Assembly: GCA_035314425.1 (NCBI GenBank)
Contig: DATFZN010000114.1
Span: forward strand, 4,232-68,231
From: Candidatus Acidiferrum sp.
Lineage (GTDB): Bacteria > Acidobacteriota > Terriglobia > Acidiferrales > UBA7541
Direction: 5' to 3'
Length of the DNA stretch: 64,000 nt
The notes under the pieces: generated by a model
Databases searched by the model: none
What the model saw: only the letters and a program-made list of their open reading frames with translations
Told to the model about the DNA's origin: nothing
Made by a program: the position numbers and the translations under genes
Shown: one piece after another, positions 19,152 through 28,322 of the stretch
Layout of the letters: every line of letters begins with the position of its first letter
Position numbering within the stretch: the stretch's first letter is position 1

Positions 19152-20483
19152 TTGGTACCAGTCGAGAGGAGGATTGCCACGGAAAACGCATGTCTAACTA
19201 AGCCCTCTCGGCGCGACATTCTGAGGTGGGCCGGAATGGGGATGGCCGCCGCACCGTTCGCATCGAGGCTGGCTTTGGGAGCTCCTCTAGGGGGCTCGAG
19301 GAGCGCCTATGAAGGCACGGACGAAGAGTTATTTGATGACATTCAGAGGGCCGCATTTCGATTCTTCTGGAATGAGACCGACCCGCGCACGGGTCAGGTG
19401 AAAGATCGCGCGTTTCTGAATGGGAATGATTCGCGGACGATGTCGAGTATTGCCGCAACCGGCTTTGGGCTGACTTCCCTCTGTATCGCCGATTCCCGTG
19501 GATTTGCCCGGTCGCAGGATATACGCAATCGCGTTCGAACCACATTGCAGTACGTCGCGAATGATCTAGAAACTGAGCACGGTTTTTACTACCACTTTGT
19601 GGACATGAGCACCGGCAAGCGCTGGAGAAAGTGCGAATTGTCGTCGGTCGATACAGCCCTGCTCTTGTGCGGAGTTTTGACCGCACGGCAATATTTCGAA
19701 GACGCAGAAATTCAGGATCTGGCTACAAACATCTATAACCGCGTTGACTGGCCGTGGATGCTCAACAAGGGCTACGCGTTTTCGATGGGCTGGACGCCAG
19801 AGAATGGGTTCCTGAAAGCCCGATGGGATCATTACGGCGAAATGATGATGATCTATCTGCTGGGAATCGGTTCGCCGACACTTCCCGTTTCGCCGGAAAC
19901 GTGGAAAGCCTTTAGCCGCCCAAAGGTGACCTACGACGGGATTACGTTTATCGCTGGCCGGGATCCCCTTTTCACGCACCAGTATTCGCACGCGTGGTTT
20001 GACTTCCGAAACAAGGAAGATGCCTACACCAATTATTTTCAAAATTCGATCCTAGCAACCAGGGCGCACAAGCAGTTCTGCTTGTCGCTACAATCCAAAT
20101 TGGGACATTGCTGTGAGGATTTGTGGGGTATTTCGGCCTCCGACACACCCAGGGGCTATACCGCGCCACCCATCTTGGGGCCCGTGGATGGCAGCATCGT
20201 GCCCTGCGCGACCGGGGGGTCAGTTCCCTTCTTGTATGAGGATTGCGTGCAGGTGCTTCGAACGATTCGCGCCAGGTACTCGCAAAAGGGCTGGGGATTG
20301 TACGGATTCGTCGATGCGTTCAATCCGTCCGCTGGATGGTATGACACAGACGTTCTGGGGATCGACCTGGGCATAACCATGCTCATGATTGAGAATTACC
20401 GGACCGCGCTGCCGTGGAACACATTCATGCTGAATCAGGAAGCCCAAGCGGGAATGTTGCGAGCAGGATTCCAATACGTTTAG
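19152..20483 (+). CDS. Tat-exported alpha/alpha-toroid glycosidase-like protein (PF10091 putative glucoamylase / GH144 endo-beta-1,2-glucanase-like)
   Basis: Twin-arginine motif SRRDILRW followed by an h-region. About 440 aa, with the FFWNETDPRTGQVKDR motif. Adjacent to a GH3 gene, as in described GH144 loci. The start is uncertain: TTG 19152 is the only canonical in-frame start upstream of the RR motif, and a strong GAGAGGAGG at 19163-19172 has no canonical start at normal spacing. Confidence 0.5.
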   Translation: MVPVERRIATENACLTKPSRRDILRWAGMGMAAAPFASRLALGAPLGGSRSAYEGTDEELFDDIQRAAFRFFWNETDPRTGQVKDRAFLNGNDSRTMSSIAATGFGLTSLCIADSRGFARSQDIRNRVRTTLQYVANDLETEHGFYYHFVDMSTGKRWRKCELSSVDTALLLCGVLTARQYFEDAEIQDLATNIYNRVDWPWMLNKGYAFSMGWTPENGFLKARWDHYGEMMMIYLLGIGSPTLPVSPETWKAFSRPKVTYDGITFIAGRDPLFTHQYSHAWFDFRNKEDAYTNYFQNSILATRAHKQFCLSLQSKLGHCCEDLWGISASDTPRGYTAPPILGPVDGSIVPCATGGSVPFLYEDCVQVLRTIRARYSQKGWGLYGFVDAFNPSAGWYDTDVLGIDLGITMLMIENYRTALPWNTFMLNQEAQAGMLRAGFQYV

Positions 20484-20566
20484 AAGTTTCCGCCGCTTAC
20501 GATTCCAAGATAAGCAATGCTACCCTCGCCCGCGGGCATATCTTCGGACCAAATAGCAAAGAAAAA

Positions 20567-20603
20567 CTGCCAACGAGTGGGGTGAATCAGCTCTCGTTGG
20601 CAG
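20567..20603. terminator. Bidirectional rho-independent terminator between convergent genes
   Basis: Perfect 11-bp stem CTGCCAACGAG / CTCGTTGGCAG with a 15-nt loop. It is followed by CGTTTCCTTTT on the plus strand and preceded by AAATAGCAAAGAAAAA, which reads as a T-tract on the minus strand. Confidence 0.6.
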
Positions 20604-20809
20604 CGTTTCCTTTTACAAACGGAAGCACGGGGGTTAAACGCGCATCCGGCAAACTGTCTGGCGATATCGCACCACATCCTTAAGTAAATCGGTTAAGCAC
20701 AATATTCGGGGGCAGTATAGACACAAGAAATTTGAATGTCAATCATGAGTTTTACGTAGCCGGCCAACTGCACTCGAAGCTAGCCAAACGGACTCTCACG
20801 GACCAAAAA

Positions 20810-22612
20810 TTAACGTTTGACGGAAGCGGTTGGACGGATTTTCTCAGTTGAGACTATGCCTTGGCCTTCTTGAAGGGCATAGAAATGGTCGGCATCCAGG
20901 TTCACAATGGTCTCTATTTTTCCGGAAGGCCAACGAACTTCGAGGCTGTCGATTTTGCTGGCCTTGCCAAGGCCGAAATGGGCGCGCTGGTCGCTTTGTG
21001 AAAGGTAGCTGCCGCCGCTGTGAATTTCCTCGGTTTGGGTTACCCCGCCTGCCGTTAATTTAAGTCGAGCGCCGATGGCCATGCGATTGCTTTTCGTGCC
21101 AGCCAGTTCGAAGCTTATCCAGTGCTGGCCAGGAATCCCGGGATTTCGCAAAATCTGCGGAGCCCCCACAAGATTTTCAACGACGAGGTCCATATTGCCA
21201 TCGTTGAAGAGGTCGCCCGCGGCAAGACCTCGCGAGACTTGCGGGAGCAGAATGGCAGGGCCGCTTTGGTCACTGGCGTCGCAGAAGGTGCCATTGCCCT
21301 GGTTGTATTGAACTAGTTTTGGTTCTTGATAGCGAGCAGCGGAAGGCAACGAATCCACTTGCGGATAAACGTGACCGGTTGCGGTGACGAGATCGAGCCA
21401 ACCGTCATTATCGAGATCAATGAAAACGATTCCCCACTTCACATAGGGGACAGAGGGCAAGCCAATACCCGCAGCGTAGGAGACATCCTGAAAATCCCAG
21501 TTGCCGTCGTTACGATAGAGCGGGGTGTTGTCCATAGAGAAATTCGTAACGGCTAGCGAAGGGCGACCCGTGTGGAGATAATCGCCAACGGCGACGCCCA
21601 TAGCTGCTTGCTCGTGGCCGTCTTCACCGAGCGCAGTGCCAGACTCGAGACCAATATCGGTGAATTTGCCGTTGCCATCGTTGCGATACAGAAAGCCTGC
21701 AGTCGAATCGTTGGCCACATAAATGTCCGGGCGACCGGTGTTGCTGAAGTCCGCCCAGATTGTGGTGAGGCCGTAGTAGCCGCCGGGATCGTCAACCCCA
21801 GCTTTCTTGGACACGTCAGTGAATGTACCGTTGCCGTTGTTGTGGAACAGCGAGTCGCCCGAACCCTTCAGGCCACGAGGGCCGCATTGCACATCGAGGC
21901 CCATGTATTTGCACGTCGCAGTGCTGCCAAAGACGGGAAGGCGGTGGAGGTCAAGATCGACATAGTTGGTGACCATGAGATCCACAAAGCCGTCGCCATC
22001 GTAATCGCCGAAGGCTGCACCGGTCGACCAGCGTCCATCAGTGACGCCGGCTTTCTTGCCGATGTCGGTGAAAGTACCGTCACCGTTGTTGTGATAGAGA
22101 ACGTTTCCCCCGTAGCAGGTTAAATAGATATCTGGCCAACCGTCGTTGTCGAAGTCGGCTACGGCACCGCCCATAACGTAACACGGGAAACCGACGCCGG
22201 CTTTGTCGGTCACATCCGTGAATGTGCCGTCATGATTGTTGTGGTAAAGAGCGCTGCGCGCTTTCCCTCCATTCAGAGCGGATTCGGCGGTGGGAGCATT
22301 GGTGAAATAAATATCGAGCCAACCATCGCGATCGTAATCGAGAAGCAAGACGCCTCCGCTCATGGATTCAATGATGTACCGGCTCTCGGGAGAAGAGGAA
22401 TGCGAGAAAGTAATGAGACTCTTTTGAGTGATGTCTTCGAGTTGCGGAATGGGACGGTCTTTACAGCGGATGGATTTAGCGGTGGGCGGCGGAGCAGTGC
22501 CTTGAGCAATTCCCTGCCCGGCTGAATTCCCGCCGGTGGTGAGAACGAAGAAGGTGATCAGAGAGAAAAGAGTGAGTAGGCGCGGAAAGACTGCCGTGCA
22601 ATTCATCGCCAA
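20810..22612 (-). CDS. CRTAC1-family protein (FG-GAP/VCBS repeats + ASPIC/UnbV domain), secreted
   Basis: Signal peptide, six or more repeats of the ..NNGDGTFTDV..KAGV.. type, and a C-terminal ..IGARL..GG....E...G.GYLSQSD..HFGLG.. ASPIC/UnbV signature. Confidence 0.85.
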   Translation of the reverse strand: MAMNCTAVFPRLLTLFSLITFFVLTTGGNSAGQGIAQGTAPPPTAKSIRCKDRPIPQLEDITQKSLITFSHSSSPESRYIIESMSGGVLLLDYDRDGWLDIYFTNAPTAESALNGGKARSALYHNNHDGTFTDVTDKAGVGFPCYVMGGAVADFDNDGWPDIYLTCYGGNVLYHNNGDGTFTDIGKKAGVTDGRWSTGAAFGDYDGDGFVDLMVTNYVDLDLHRLPVFGSTATCKYMGLDVQCGPRGLKGSGDSLFHNNGNGTFTDVSKKAGVDDPGGYYGLTTIWADFSNTGRPDIYVANDSTAGFLYRNDGNGKFTDIGLESGTALGEDGHEQAAMGVAVGDYLHTGRPSLAVTNFSMDNTPLYRNDGNWDFQDVSYAAGIGLPSVPYVKWGIVFIDLDNDGWLDLVTATGHVYPQVDSLPSAARYQEPKLVQYNQGNGTFCDASDQSGPAILLPQVSRGLAAGDLFNDGNMDLVVENLVGAPQILRNPGIPGQHWISFELAGTKSNRMAIGARLKLTAGGVTQTEEIHSGGSYLSQSDQRAHFGLGKASKIDSLEVRWPSGKIETIVNLDADHFYALQEGQGIVSTEKIRPTASVKR

Positions 22613-22712
22613 GGCCTTTTACGCATACTGCAAAGATAGCAGAAGGGACGCCGGAGTCGCCAAGGGCGGAGGGAATGCCGTGAAAAAACGAGCGTAGCAG
22701 GATTTAGTGTAA

Positions 22713-22722
22713 GGAGCGCTCC
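22713..22722. promoter_or_regulatory. Candidate LacI-type operator (palindrome GGAGCGCTCC; core GAGCGCTC identical to the symmetric lac operator core)
   Basis: It lies in the divergent region between the CRTAC1-like gene (start 22612) and the LacI gene (start 22823). Confidence 0.35.
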
Positions 22723-22822
22723 ATAATTCTGTACAATGGGAGCAACTAAGGAAATGAAGCGTTGGCGAGGCGCTGCGTTTCGCGACGTACATCGCCGCTT
22801 AAGTTGAGGAACCGCCGCTCGG

Positions 22823-23866
22823 ATGAATCCTAAAAAAAAGCCCTCCATACAAAAACAAGGTGCAGTTACATTGAAGGCAGTAGCCAACTCTCTGGGGCTT
22901 ACTGCAGGGACCGTATCCGTCGTACTTAATAATTCCAAGAGCGCGAGTTCAATTCCCGAACACACACGAAATCGAATCCTCGAAGCAGCGCGCAAACTTA
23001 AATATCGGCCAAATTTTGTGGCCCGTTCGTTGCGTGTAAAGCGCACGTTCACCGTCGGCGTAATCACGGAAGAGTTTGGTGATGCCTACGGCGGCGGGGT
23101 ACTGAGCGGCATAGAAACCTATCTTCGCGAGAACAATTACTTTTTGCTTGCCGTGGCGCATCGCCACGACCTGAGGTTGCAACAGAGCTATGCGGAACTG
23201 CTCACATCCCGAGGCGTCGAGGGCTTGATTACCATCGATACTTCGGTCGACGATCCCCCACTGGTTCCCACAATTGCGGTGGCCGGGCACAAAAGAGTCG
23301 AAAACGTCACCAATATCATTCTGGATCATCGTACGGCAGCGGAACTTGCGCTGAAACACCTCAAGGAGTTGGGGCATCGACGGATTGCCTTCTTGCGCGG
23401 CCAGGAAAAGAGCTCGGACTCAGCCACACGCTGGGAAGCGTTGCGCGAAGTCGCAATCGAATTGGGAATCGATCTTATTCCAGAACTGGTTTTGCAGATT
23501 GAAGGAACCGATTCGACACCGGATCTTGGATATCCGTACGGAAAAAGATTGATGGAGACAAATATCCCGTTTACGGCGCTAATGGCGTACAACGATATCT
23601 CTGCGATCGGTGCAATGAAGGCATTCAAGGACGCACATTTACGAGTGCCGCAAGACGTTTCGATCGTGGGATTCGACGATATTTCAATCGCATCTTTTTC
23701 CATTCCACCGCTCACAACGATTCGCCAGCCGCTAAAGGAGATGGGACGAATCGCCGCGAAAACCGTGGTTGGTTTAATTGAACAACAGGAAGATTACGTC
23801 GAAGAGATCGCCGTCGAGCCCAAATTAATTGCACGCGGATCGACGGCGCCCCCAAGACAGCTGTAA
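22823..23866 (+). CDS. LacI-family transcriptional regulator
   Basis: HTH VTLKAVANSLGLTAGTVSVVLNNSKS plus a sugar-binding core. Paralogous in layout to 15230..16291. Confidence 0.85.
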   Translation: MNPKKKPSIQKQGAVTLKAVANSLGLTAGTVSVVLNNSKSASSIPEHTRNRILEAARKLKYRPNFVARSLRVKRTFTVGVITEEFGDAYGGGVLSGIETYLRENNYFLLAVAHRHDLRLQQSYAELLTSRGVEGLITIDTSVDDPPLVPTIAVAGHKRVENVTNIILDHRTAAELALKHLKELGHRRIAFLRGQEKSSDSATRWEALREVAIELGIDLIPELVLQIEGTDSTPDLGYPYGKRLMETNIPFTALMAYNDISAIGAMKAFKDAHLRVPQDVSIVGFDDISIASFSIPPLTTIRQPLKEMGRIAAKTVVGLIEQQEDYVEEIAVEPKLIARGSTAPPRQL

Positions 23867-24050
23867 AGGCTTGCAGCGGGTAGTATGTCTGTTAGGAACT
23901 AAAAGAACAGAACGAACAGTTCAACTTGAAACAGTATTCGAAGCACAACTGTGCAGATTTTTCGCCGGCGCACAGTGATAAAATGAAGTTTCAAGAACTA
24001 CAGGCTATCCTCTTCCGCTCCGATCAGGTTACCTAAGAGGGACAAGAATC

Positions 24051-25559
24051 ATGCCGCGAAAAATAGAAGTCACCGAGTTGATTTTGCGAGACGCGCACCA
24101 GAGTCTGCTGGCAACGCGCATGGCAATGGAAGACATGGTACCGGCGTGTGAGGATATTGATAAAGCGGGATTCTGGAGCGTGGAGTGCTGGGGCGGGGCG
24201 ACGTTTGATGCTTGCATCAGGTACCTGAACGAAGATCCGTGGGAGCGATTGCGGACATTTCGGCAATTGATGCCAAACTCGCGGCTGCAGATGCTGTTGC
24301 GCGGGCAGAACCTGTTGGGATACCGGCATTATGAAGACACAGTGGTCGACCGCTTCGTCGCGAAAGCGGCGGAGAACGGGATGGATGTGTTCCGCGTGTT
24401 CGATGCGCTGAACGATGTGCGAAATGTGAAGCGTGCGATTGCGGCGGTGAAAAAAGTTGGGAAGCACGCGCAAGGGACGATCTGCTATACAGTGAGTCCC
24501 CTGCACACGGTCGAGGGTTATGTGGACATGGCGAAGCAGTTGATGGATCTTGATTGCGATTCGCTCTGCATCAAAGACATGGCAGCGCTGCTGAAGCCGA
24601 AGCCTGCGTACGACATTGTGAAAGCGATTAAAGAAACGCTGGGCGAGCAAGTGCGAATTCATGTGCATGTACACGCCACCACCGGCGTGACACTGGTATC
24701 GCTGATGAAGGCGATTGAAGCGGGAGCCGATGCGGTCGATACTGCGATCAGTTCGTTGAGCCTCGGGCCAGGACATAATCCGACAGAAAGTTTAGTGGAG
24801 ATGCTGGAAGGAACAGAATACACGACGGAATTGGATAAGAGCCGGTTGCTGAGAATTAAGGAGCACTTCGAGAAAGTGCGGCCAAAATATACGGAATTTC
24901 TTTCCAATATAACCGGCGTGGACACGGAGATTTTCAACAGCCAGATTCCCGGTGGAATGATTTCGAATATGGAAAGCCAACTAAAGCAGCAAGGAGCGGC
25001 AGATCGAGTGAAAGAAGTTCTGGAGGAAGTGCCTCGAGTTCGCAAGGACGCGGGCTATCCGCCGCTGGTGACGCCTTCGAGCCAGATCGTCGGTACGCAG
25101 GCTGTGTTCAACGTACTGATGGGCCGCTATAAGGTGATTACCGCAGAATTTGCGGATCTGATGCTCGGATATTACGGAAAGACGCTTGGCGAGCGGGACA
25201 TTACCGTGCTGGCGCAGTGCGAGAAGCAGACGAAGAAATCGCCGATTATGATGCGGCCTGCGGATTTGCTGAAGCCGGAGTGGGAGGCTTTGCGGGCGGC
25301 TGCTGTAAATCTGGATGGATGCGATGGGTCGGATGAAGATGTGCTGACTTGCGCGATGTTCCCGAAGGTAGCACCAACGTTTTTTGCGGAACGGGCGCAG
25401 GGGCCAAAAAGCGTAGCGAAGGATCCGGCAATTGCAGCCGCAAGCACGGTTGCCGCCGGAGCTTCCGGCGCGCCGGGAAGTGGTCCGGTACGCGAAACGA
25501 TTAAATACGAAGTGAAGCTCGATGGAAAAACTCATCAGGTAACTGTTTCACCTGCGTAG
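24051..25559 (+). CDS. Methylmalonyl-CoA carboxyltransferase 5S subunit-like (pyruvate/oxaloacetate carboxyltransferase domain, no biotinyl domain)
   Basis: TIM-barrel carboxyltransferase motifs ELILRDAHQS, CIKDMAALL (carbamyl-Lys motif) and HVHVHATTG. The 502-aa length matches the 5S subunit. OadA/PycB-type proteins carry a C-terminal biotinyl domain, which is absent here. Confidence 0.8.
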   Translation: MPRKIEVTELILRDAHQSLLATRMAMEDMVPACEDIDKAGFWSVECWGGATFDACIRYLNEDPWERLRTFRQLMPNSRLQMLLRGQNLLGYRHYEDTVVDRFVAKAAENGMDVFRVFDALNDVRNVKRAIAAVKKVGKHAQGTICYTVSPLHTVEGYVDMAKQLMDLDCDSLCIKDMAALLKPKPAYDIVKAIKETLGEQVRIHVHVHATTGVTLVSLMKAIEAGADAVDTAISSLSLGPGHNPTESLVEMLEGTEYTTELDKSRLLRIKEHFEKVRPKYTEFLSNITGVDTEIFNSQIPGGMISNMESQLKQQGAADRVKEVLEEVPRVRKDAGYPPLVTPSSQIVGTQAVFNVLMGRYKVITAEFADLMLGYYGKTLGERDITVLAQCEKQTKKSPIMMRPADLLKPEWEALRAAAVNLDGCDGSDEDVLTCAMFPKVAPTFFAERAQGPKSVAKDPAIAAASTVAAGASGAPGSGPVRETIKYEVKLDGKTHQVTVSPA

Positions 25560-25570
25560 GGGGCAGTACG

Positions 25571-27118
25571 ATGAAGAGCATGGAGCAACGCGTTGTAGAA
25601 TTGCGGCGCCGCCGTGGCGAGGTGGAAGCGGGAGGTGGTGCGGAAAGAATCGAAAAGCAAAGAAAATCAGGGAAGCTCACCGCAAGAGATCGTATTTCTG
25701 AGTTGTGTGACCCCAATTCATTCCAAGAATCAGGTCTATTTGCCGAACATCGCTCCGTTCTGTTTGGAATGGAGGGCAAGACCTTCCCTGCCGATGGCGT
25801 GATCACCGGCGCAGGAACAGTGCTGGGGCGGCGCGTTCACCTGGCAAGCCAGGATTTCACGGTGGCTGGCGGTTCCGCAGGCGAAGTGCATTCCGAAAAA
25901 GTGGCCGAATCGATGGAGCAGGCTATCAAGACCGGCACTCCCTTTGTGTTTATGAACGACTCGGGCGGCGCGCGCGTGCAGGAAGGTATCGATTCCCTTT
26001 CCGGGTACGGCAAGGTATTTTTCCAAAACGTGAGTTTAAGTGGAGTTGTTCCGCAGATTTCGTTGATCTGCGGGCCGTGTGCGGGCGGCGCTGCGTACTC
26101 ACCGGCGCTGACGGATTTCATTATTCAGACGCGGAAAGCACAGATGTTTATTACCGGACCGAACGTGATCAAGCAAGTGACCGGCGAAGATGTCACAGCC
26201 GAGCAGTTGGGTGGAGCGGATACGCATATGGGGCGGTCAGGCGTAATTCACTTCATTGCAGAGGACGATAAGCATGCCTTGTTGATATGCAAAAAACTGT
26301 TGAGCTTCTTGCCGTCAAACAATGCGGAGGATCCACCAGAACTGCCGAGTGATGGAAATGTTGACGAGAATCCTACGCTGAACAAGATTGTGCCGGTGGA
26401 TTCGAAACAGGCCTATGACGTTCGTGAAGTGATCGGGAACATTATTGATTCGCAGGATTTTCTGGAAGTGCAATCGGGATATGCACCGAATATCGTGGTG
26501 GGATTCGCCAGGTTGATTGGACGAACGATCGGGATCATTGCGAACCAACCTTCCGCCATGTCTGGAGTTCTCGATATCAATGCCTCTGATAAAGCGGCCA
26601 GCTTCGTGCGATTTTGCAATGCGTTCAATATTCCGCTTGTGACGTTTGTAGATGTACCGGGATTTTTGCCAGGTGTGGACCAGGAATATGGCGGGATTAT
26701 TCGGCACGGGGCGAAAATGTTGTTCGCGTATTCGGCAGCGACAGTTCCGAAGCTGACGATTATTCTGCGCAAGGCGTTTGGCGGCGCGTATCTGGCGATG
26801 TGCGGGCGAGACTTGGGAGCGGACCGCGTGTACGCGTGGCCGACGGCGGAAGTGGCGGTGATGGGAGCCGAAGGCGCGGCTGAAATCGTTTTCAAGAAAG
26901 AGATAGCCACCGCGAAGGATTCGGCGGCGAAACGAAAAGAAATGATCGAGCAATACCGGGAAGCGTTCGCCAACCCATACGTAGCAGCGGGTCGGAGGTT
27001 AGTTGATGACATCATTGAACCAGCATCGACTCGACGGGTGCTGGCGCAGGCTTTGGAATTTCTGCACACGAAGCGCGAACTGCGGCCGCCGAAGAAGCAT
27101 GGATTGATTCCGCTGTGA
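25571..27118 (+). CDS. Methylmalonyl-CoA carboxyltransferase 12S subunit / propionyl-CoA carboxylase beta-type carboxyltransferase
   Basis: Motifs DSGGARVQEG, CGPCAGGAAYSPALTDF and GIIRHGAKML. 515 aa. Confidence 0.9.
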   Translation: MKSMEQRVVELRRRRGEVEAGGGAERIEKQRKSGKLTARDRISELCDPNSFQESGLFAEHRSVLFGMEGKTFPADGVITGAGTVLGRRVHLASQDFTVAGGSAGEVHSEKVAESMEQAIKTGTPFVFMNDSGGARVQEGIDSLSGYGKVFFQNVSLSGVVPQISLICGPCAGGAAYSPALTDFIIQTRKAQMFITGPNVIKQVTGEDVTAEQLGGADTHMGRSGVIHFIAEDDKHALLICKKLLSFLPSNNAEDPPELPSDGNVDENPTLNKIVPVDSKQAYDVREVIGNIIDSQDFLEVQSGYAPNIVVGFARLIGRTIGIIANQPSAMSGVLDINASDKAASFVRFCNAFNIPLVTFVDVPGFLPGVDQEYGGIIRHGAKMLFAYSAATVPKLTIILRKAFGGAYLAMCGRDLGADRVYAWPTAEVAVMGAEGAAEIVFKKEIATAKDSAAKRKEMIEQYREAFANPYVAAGRRLVDDIIEPASTRRVLAQALEFLHTKRELRPPKKHGLIPL

Positions 27119-27128
27119 GGCACCGAGA

Positions 27129-27452
27129 ATGAAAATGGTAAAACAAACGAAGGCGGATTTGGAAGCGGAAGTACAGGGGCTACGCCTGCGGGTCGAAAGA
27201 CTGGAGGCGATGCTAGCTGCTTCTCCCTCGAAACTCCCTGAGAATTCTGCTGCTGCCGTCGGTGCAACTAAACCAAGAGTGGATGAAGGCATCACGCCGG
27301 AGATTGTGTCGGCGATTACAGCGGCAGTGGCAGCATTTTTGGGTAAGCGAGCGACGATCCATCAGATCCGGCTGACCGGAACGACGGCGTGGGCGATGCA
27401 GGGACGCGCAACGGTCCAGGCCTCGCACGGAATTAGCAGATGGTCTCGATAG
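27129..27452 (+). CDS. Small accessory protein in the OadG/MmdD position (coiled-coil N-terminus, no membrane anchor)
   Basis: 107 aa, tightly packed between the 12S and biotin-carrier genes. ITPEIVSAITAAVAAFLG resembles the conserved OadG-family segment. The N-terminus is a heptad-like KADLEAEVQGLRLRVERLEAML. Confidence 0.55.
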   Translation: MKMVKQTKADLEAEVQGLRLRVERLEAMLAASPSKLPENSAAAVGATKPRVDEGITPEIVSAITAAVAAFLGKRATIHQIRLTGTTAWAMQGRATVQASHGISRWSR

Positions 27453-27466
27453 GCTCAGGGTGATTC

Positions 27467-27856
27467 ATGAAACTCAAGGTGACGGTGGACGGAAAAGTGT
27501 ATGAGGTGGAAGTAGAAGTTGCGCCAGAGCCCACGCCAGTGCTGCCGACATTCATAGTGCAGAGCGCTGCAGCGGCGGTGCCCGCAGGCGGCGGTGCCGG
27601 CGGATCTTGCATCTCCGGTGGCGCAGAAGAAGACTTGGACGAGGCCAAAGTTTGCCGCAGCCCCATTTCCGGGATTGTGGTGAAATCAAACGTGCGATTG
27701 GGACAGACGATTGAGCCGGGAGATTTGCTGTTTGTGCTGGAAGCAATGAAGATGGAGACGGAGGTGACGGCGCCCGTTGCTGGAAAAGTTGCACAAGTAA
27801 AAGTGAATAAGGGCGACAGCGTGAAAAGCGGGCAGGTGGTGCTGGTATGGGCATAG
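27467..27856 (+). CDS. Biotin carboxyl carrier protein (1.3S-like)
   Basis: Biotinylation motif VLEAMKMETEV in a C-terminal biotinyl/lipoyl fold, with an Ala/Pro/Gly linker. 129 aa. Confidence 0.9.
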   Translation: MKLKVTVDGKVYEVEVEVAPEPTPVLPTFIVQSAAAAVPAGGGAGGSCISGGAEEDLDEAKVCRSPISGIVVKSNVRLGQTIEPGDLLFVLEAMKMETEVTAPVAGKVAQVKVNKGDSVKSGQVVLVWA

Positions 27857-28320
27857 AGGCAGAAGCGATCCATGTGAAGGACGTGCCGGGATTTTTGTTT
27901 GTTGATCATATAGCCGTATCGGTGAAACAGGGAGATTTGGAAAAGCAGGTGGCGGTTTACAAGGCGATGGGATTTACGGAGGTTCATCGCGAAGATGTGC
28001 TGGGAACAGATCAGGTGCGGGAAGTGTTGCTGCGGATCGGCGATGGGCCGAACTTGATTCAGTTGCTCGAACCGCTTTCGGCGGATTCTCCCGTGAGCAA
28101 GCAGATTGCGAAAAACGGCGGACGCGGAGGATTCGCGCACATGGCCTTACGCGTAGCGGATATCCAGAAGGCGTTCGACGCGCTGAAGCAAAAGGGATTT
28201 CAGATTATTGATGCGGCGCCGCGAGCGGGATCGCGTAATACAACGGTATTTTTTGTGCATCCGAAGACGACCGAAGCTGCGGCGCTGGGTTATTTGATTG
28301 AGGTTGTGCAGGAGGGTTGA
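27847..28320 (+). CDS. mce: Methylmalonyl-CoA epimerase (VOC/glyoxalase fold)
   Basis: HIAVSV..., ..IQLLEP.. and GGFAHMALRVADI..FFVHPK are colinear with MCE. Overlaps the preceding gene by 10 nt. Confidence 0.85.
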   Translation: MGIEAEAIHVKDVPGFLFVDHIAVSVKQGDLEKQVAVYKAMGFTEVHREDVLGTDQVREVLLRIGDGPNLIQLLEPLSADSPVSKQIAKNGGRGGFAHMALRVADIQKAFDALKQKGFQIIDAAPRAGSRNTTVFFVHPKTTEAAALGYLIEVVQEG

Positions 28321-28322
28321 AA

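Noticed and set aside
20414-20683. 89-aa (+) and 65-aa (-) ORFs in the intergenic region
   Set aside because: They span the bidirectional terminator hairpin, lack an SD and lack motifs. They are most likely non-coding.
20900-22400. Repetitive DNA within the CRTAC1-like gene
   Set aside because: The repeats are in-frame FG-GAP/VCBS protein repeats (NNGDGTFTD...). They are not a CRISPR array, tandem-repeat locus or mobile element.
23900-23990. Short palindromes (TTCAAcTTGAA, GCACAacTGTGC) upstream of the 5S gene as LacI operators
   Set aside because: The arms are only 5 bp, there is no central CG, and they do not resemble the other candidate operators. I cannot distinguish them from chance.
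24033-24776. 247-aa minus-strand ORF
   Set aside because: It is antisense to the 5S carboxyltransferase gene, which carries clear motifs. It is Arg/His/Gln-rich, a shadow ORF typical of GC-rich DNA.
26315-27267. Minus-strand ORFs of 212 and 284 aa
   Set aside because: They are antisense to the 12S carboxyltransferase and the small accessory gene, and have no motifs.
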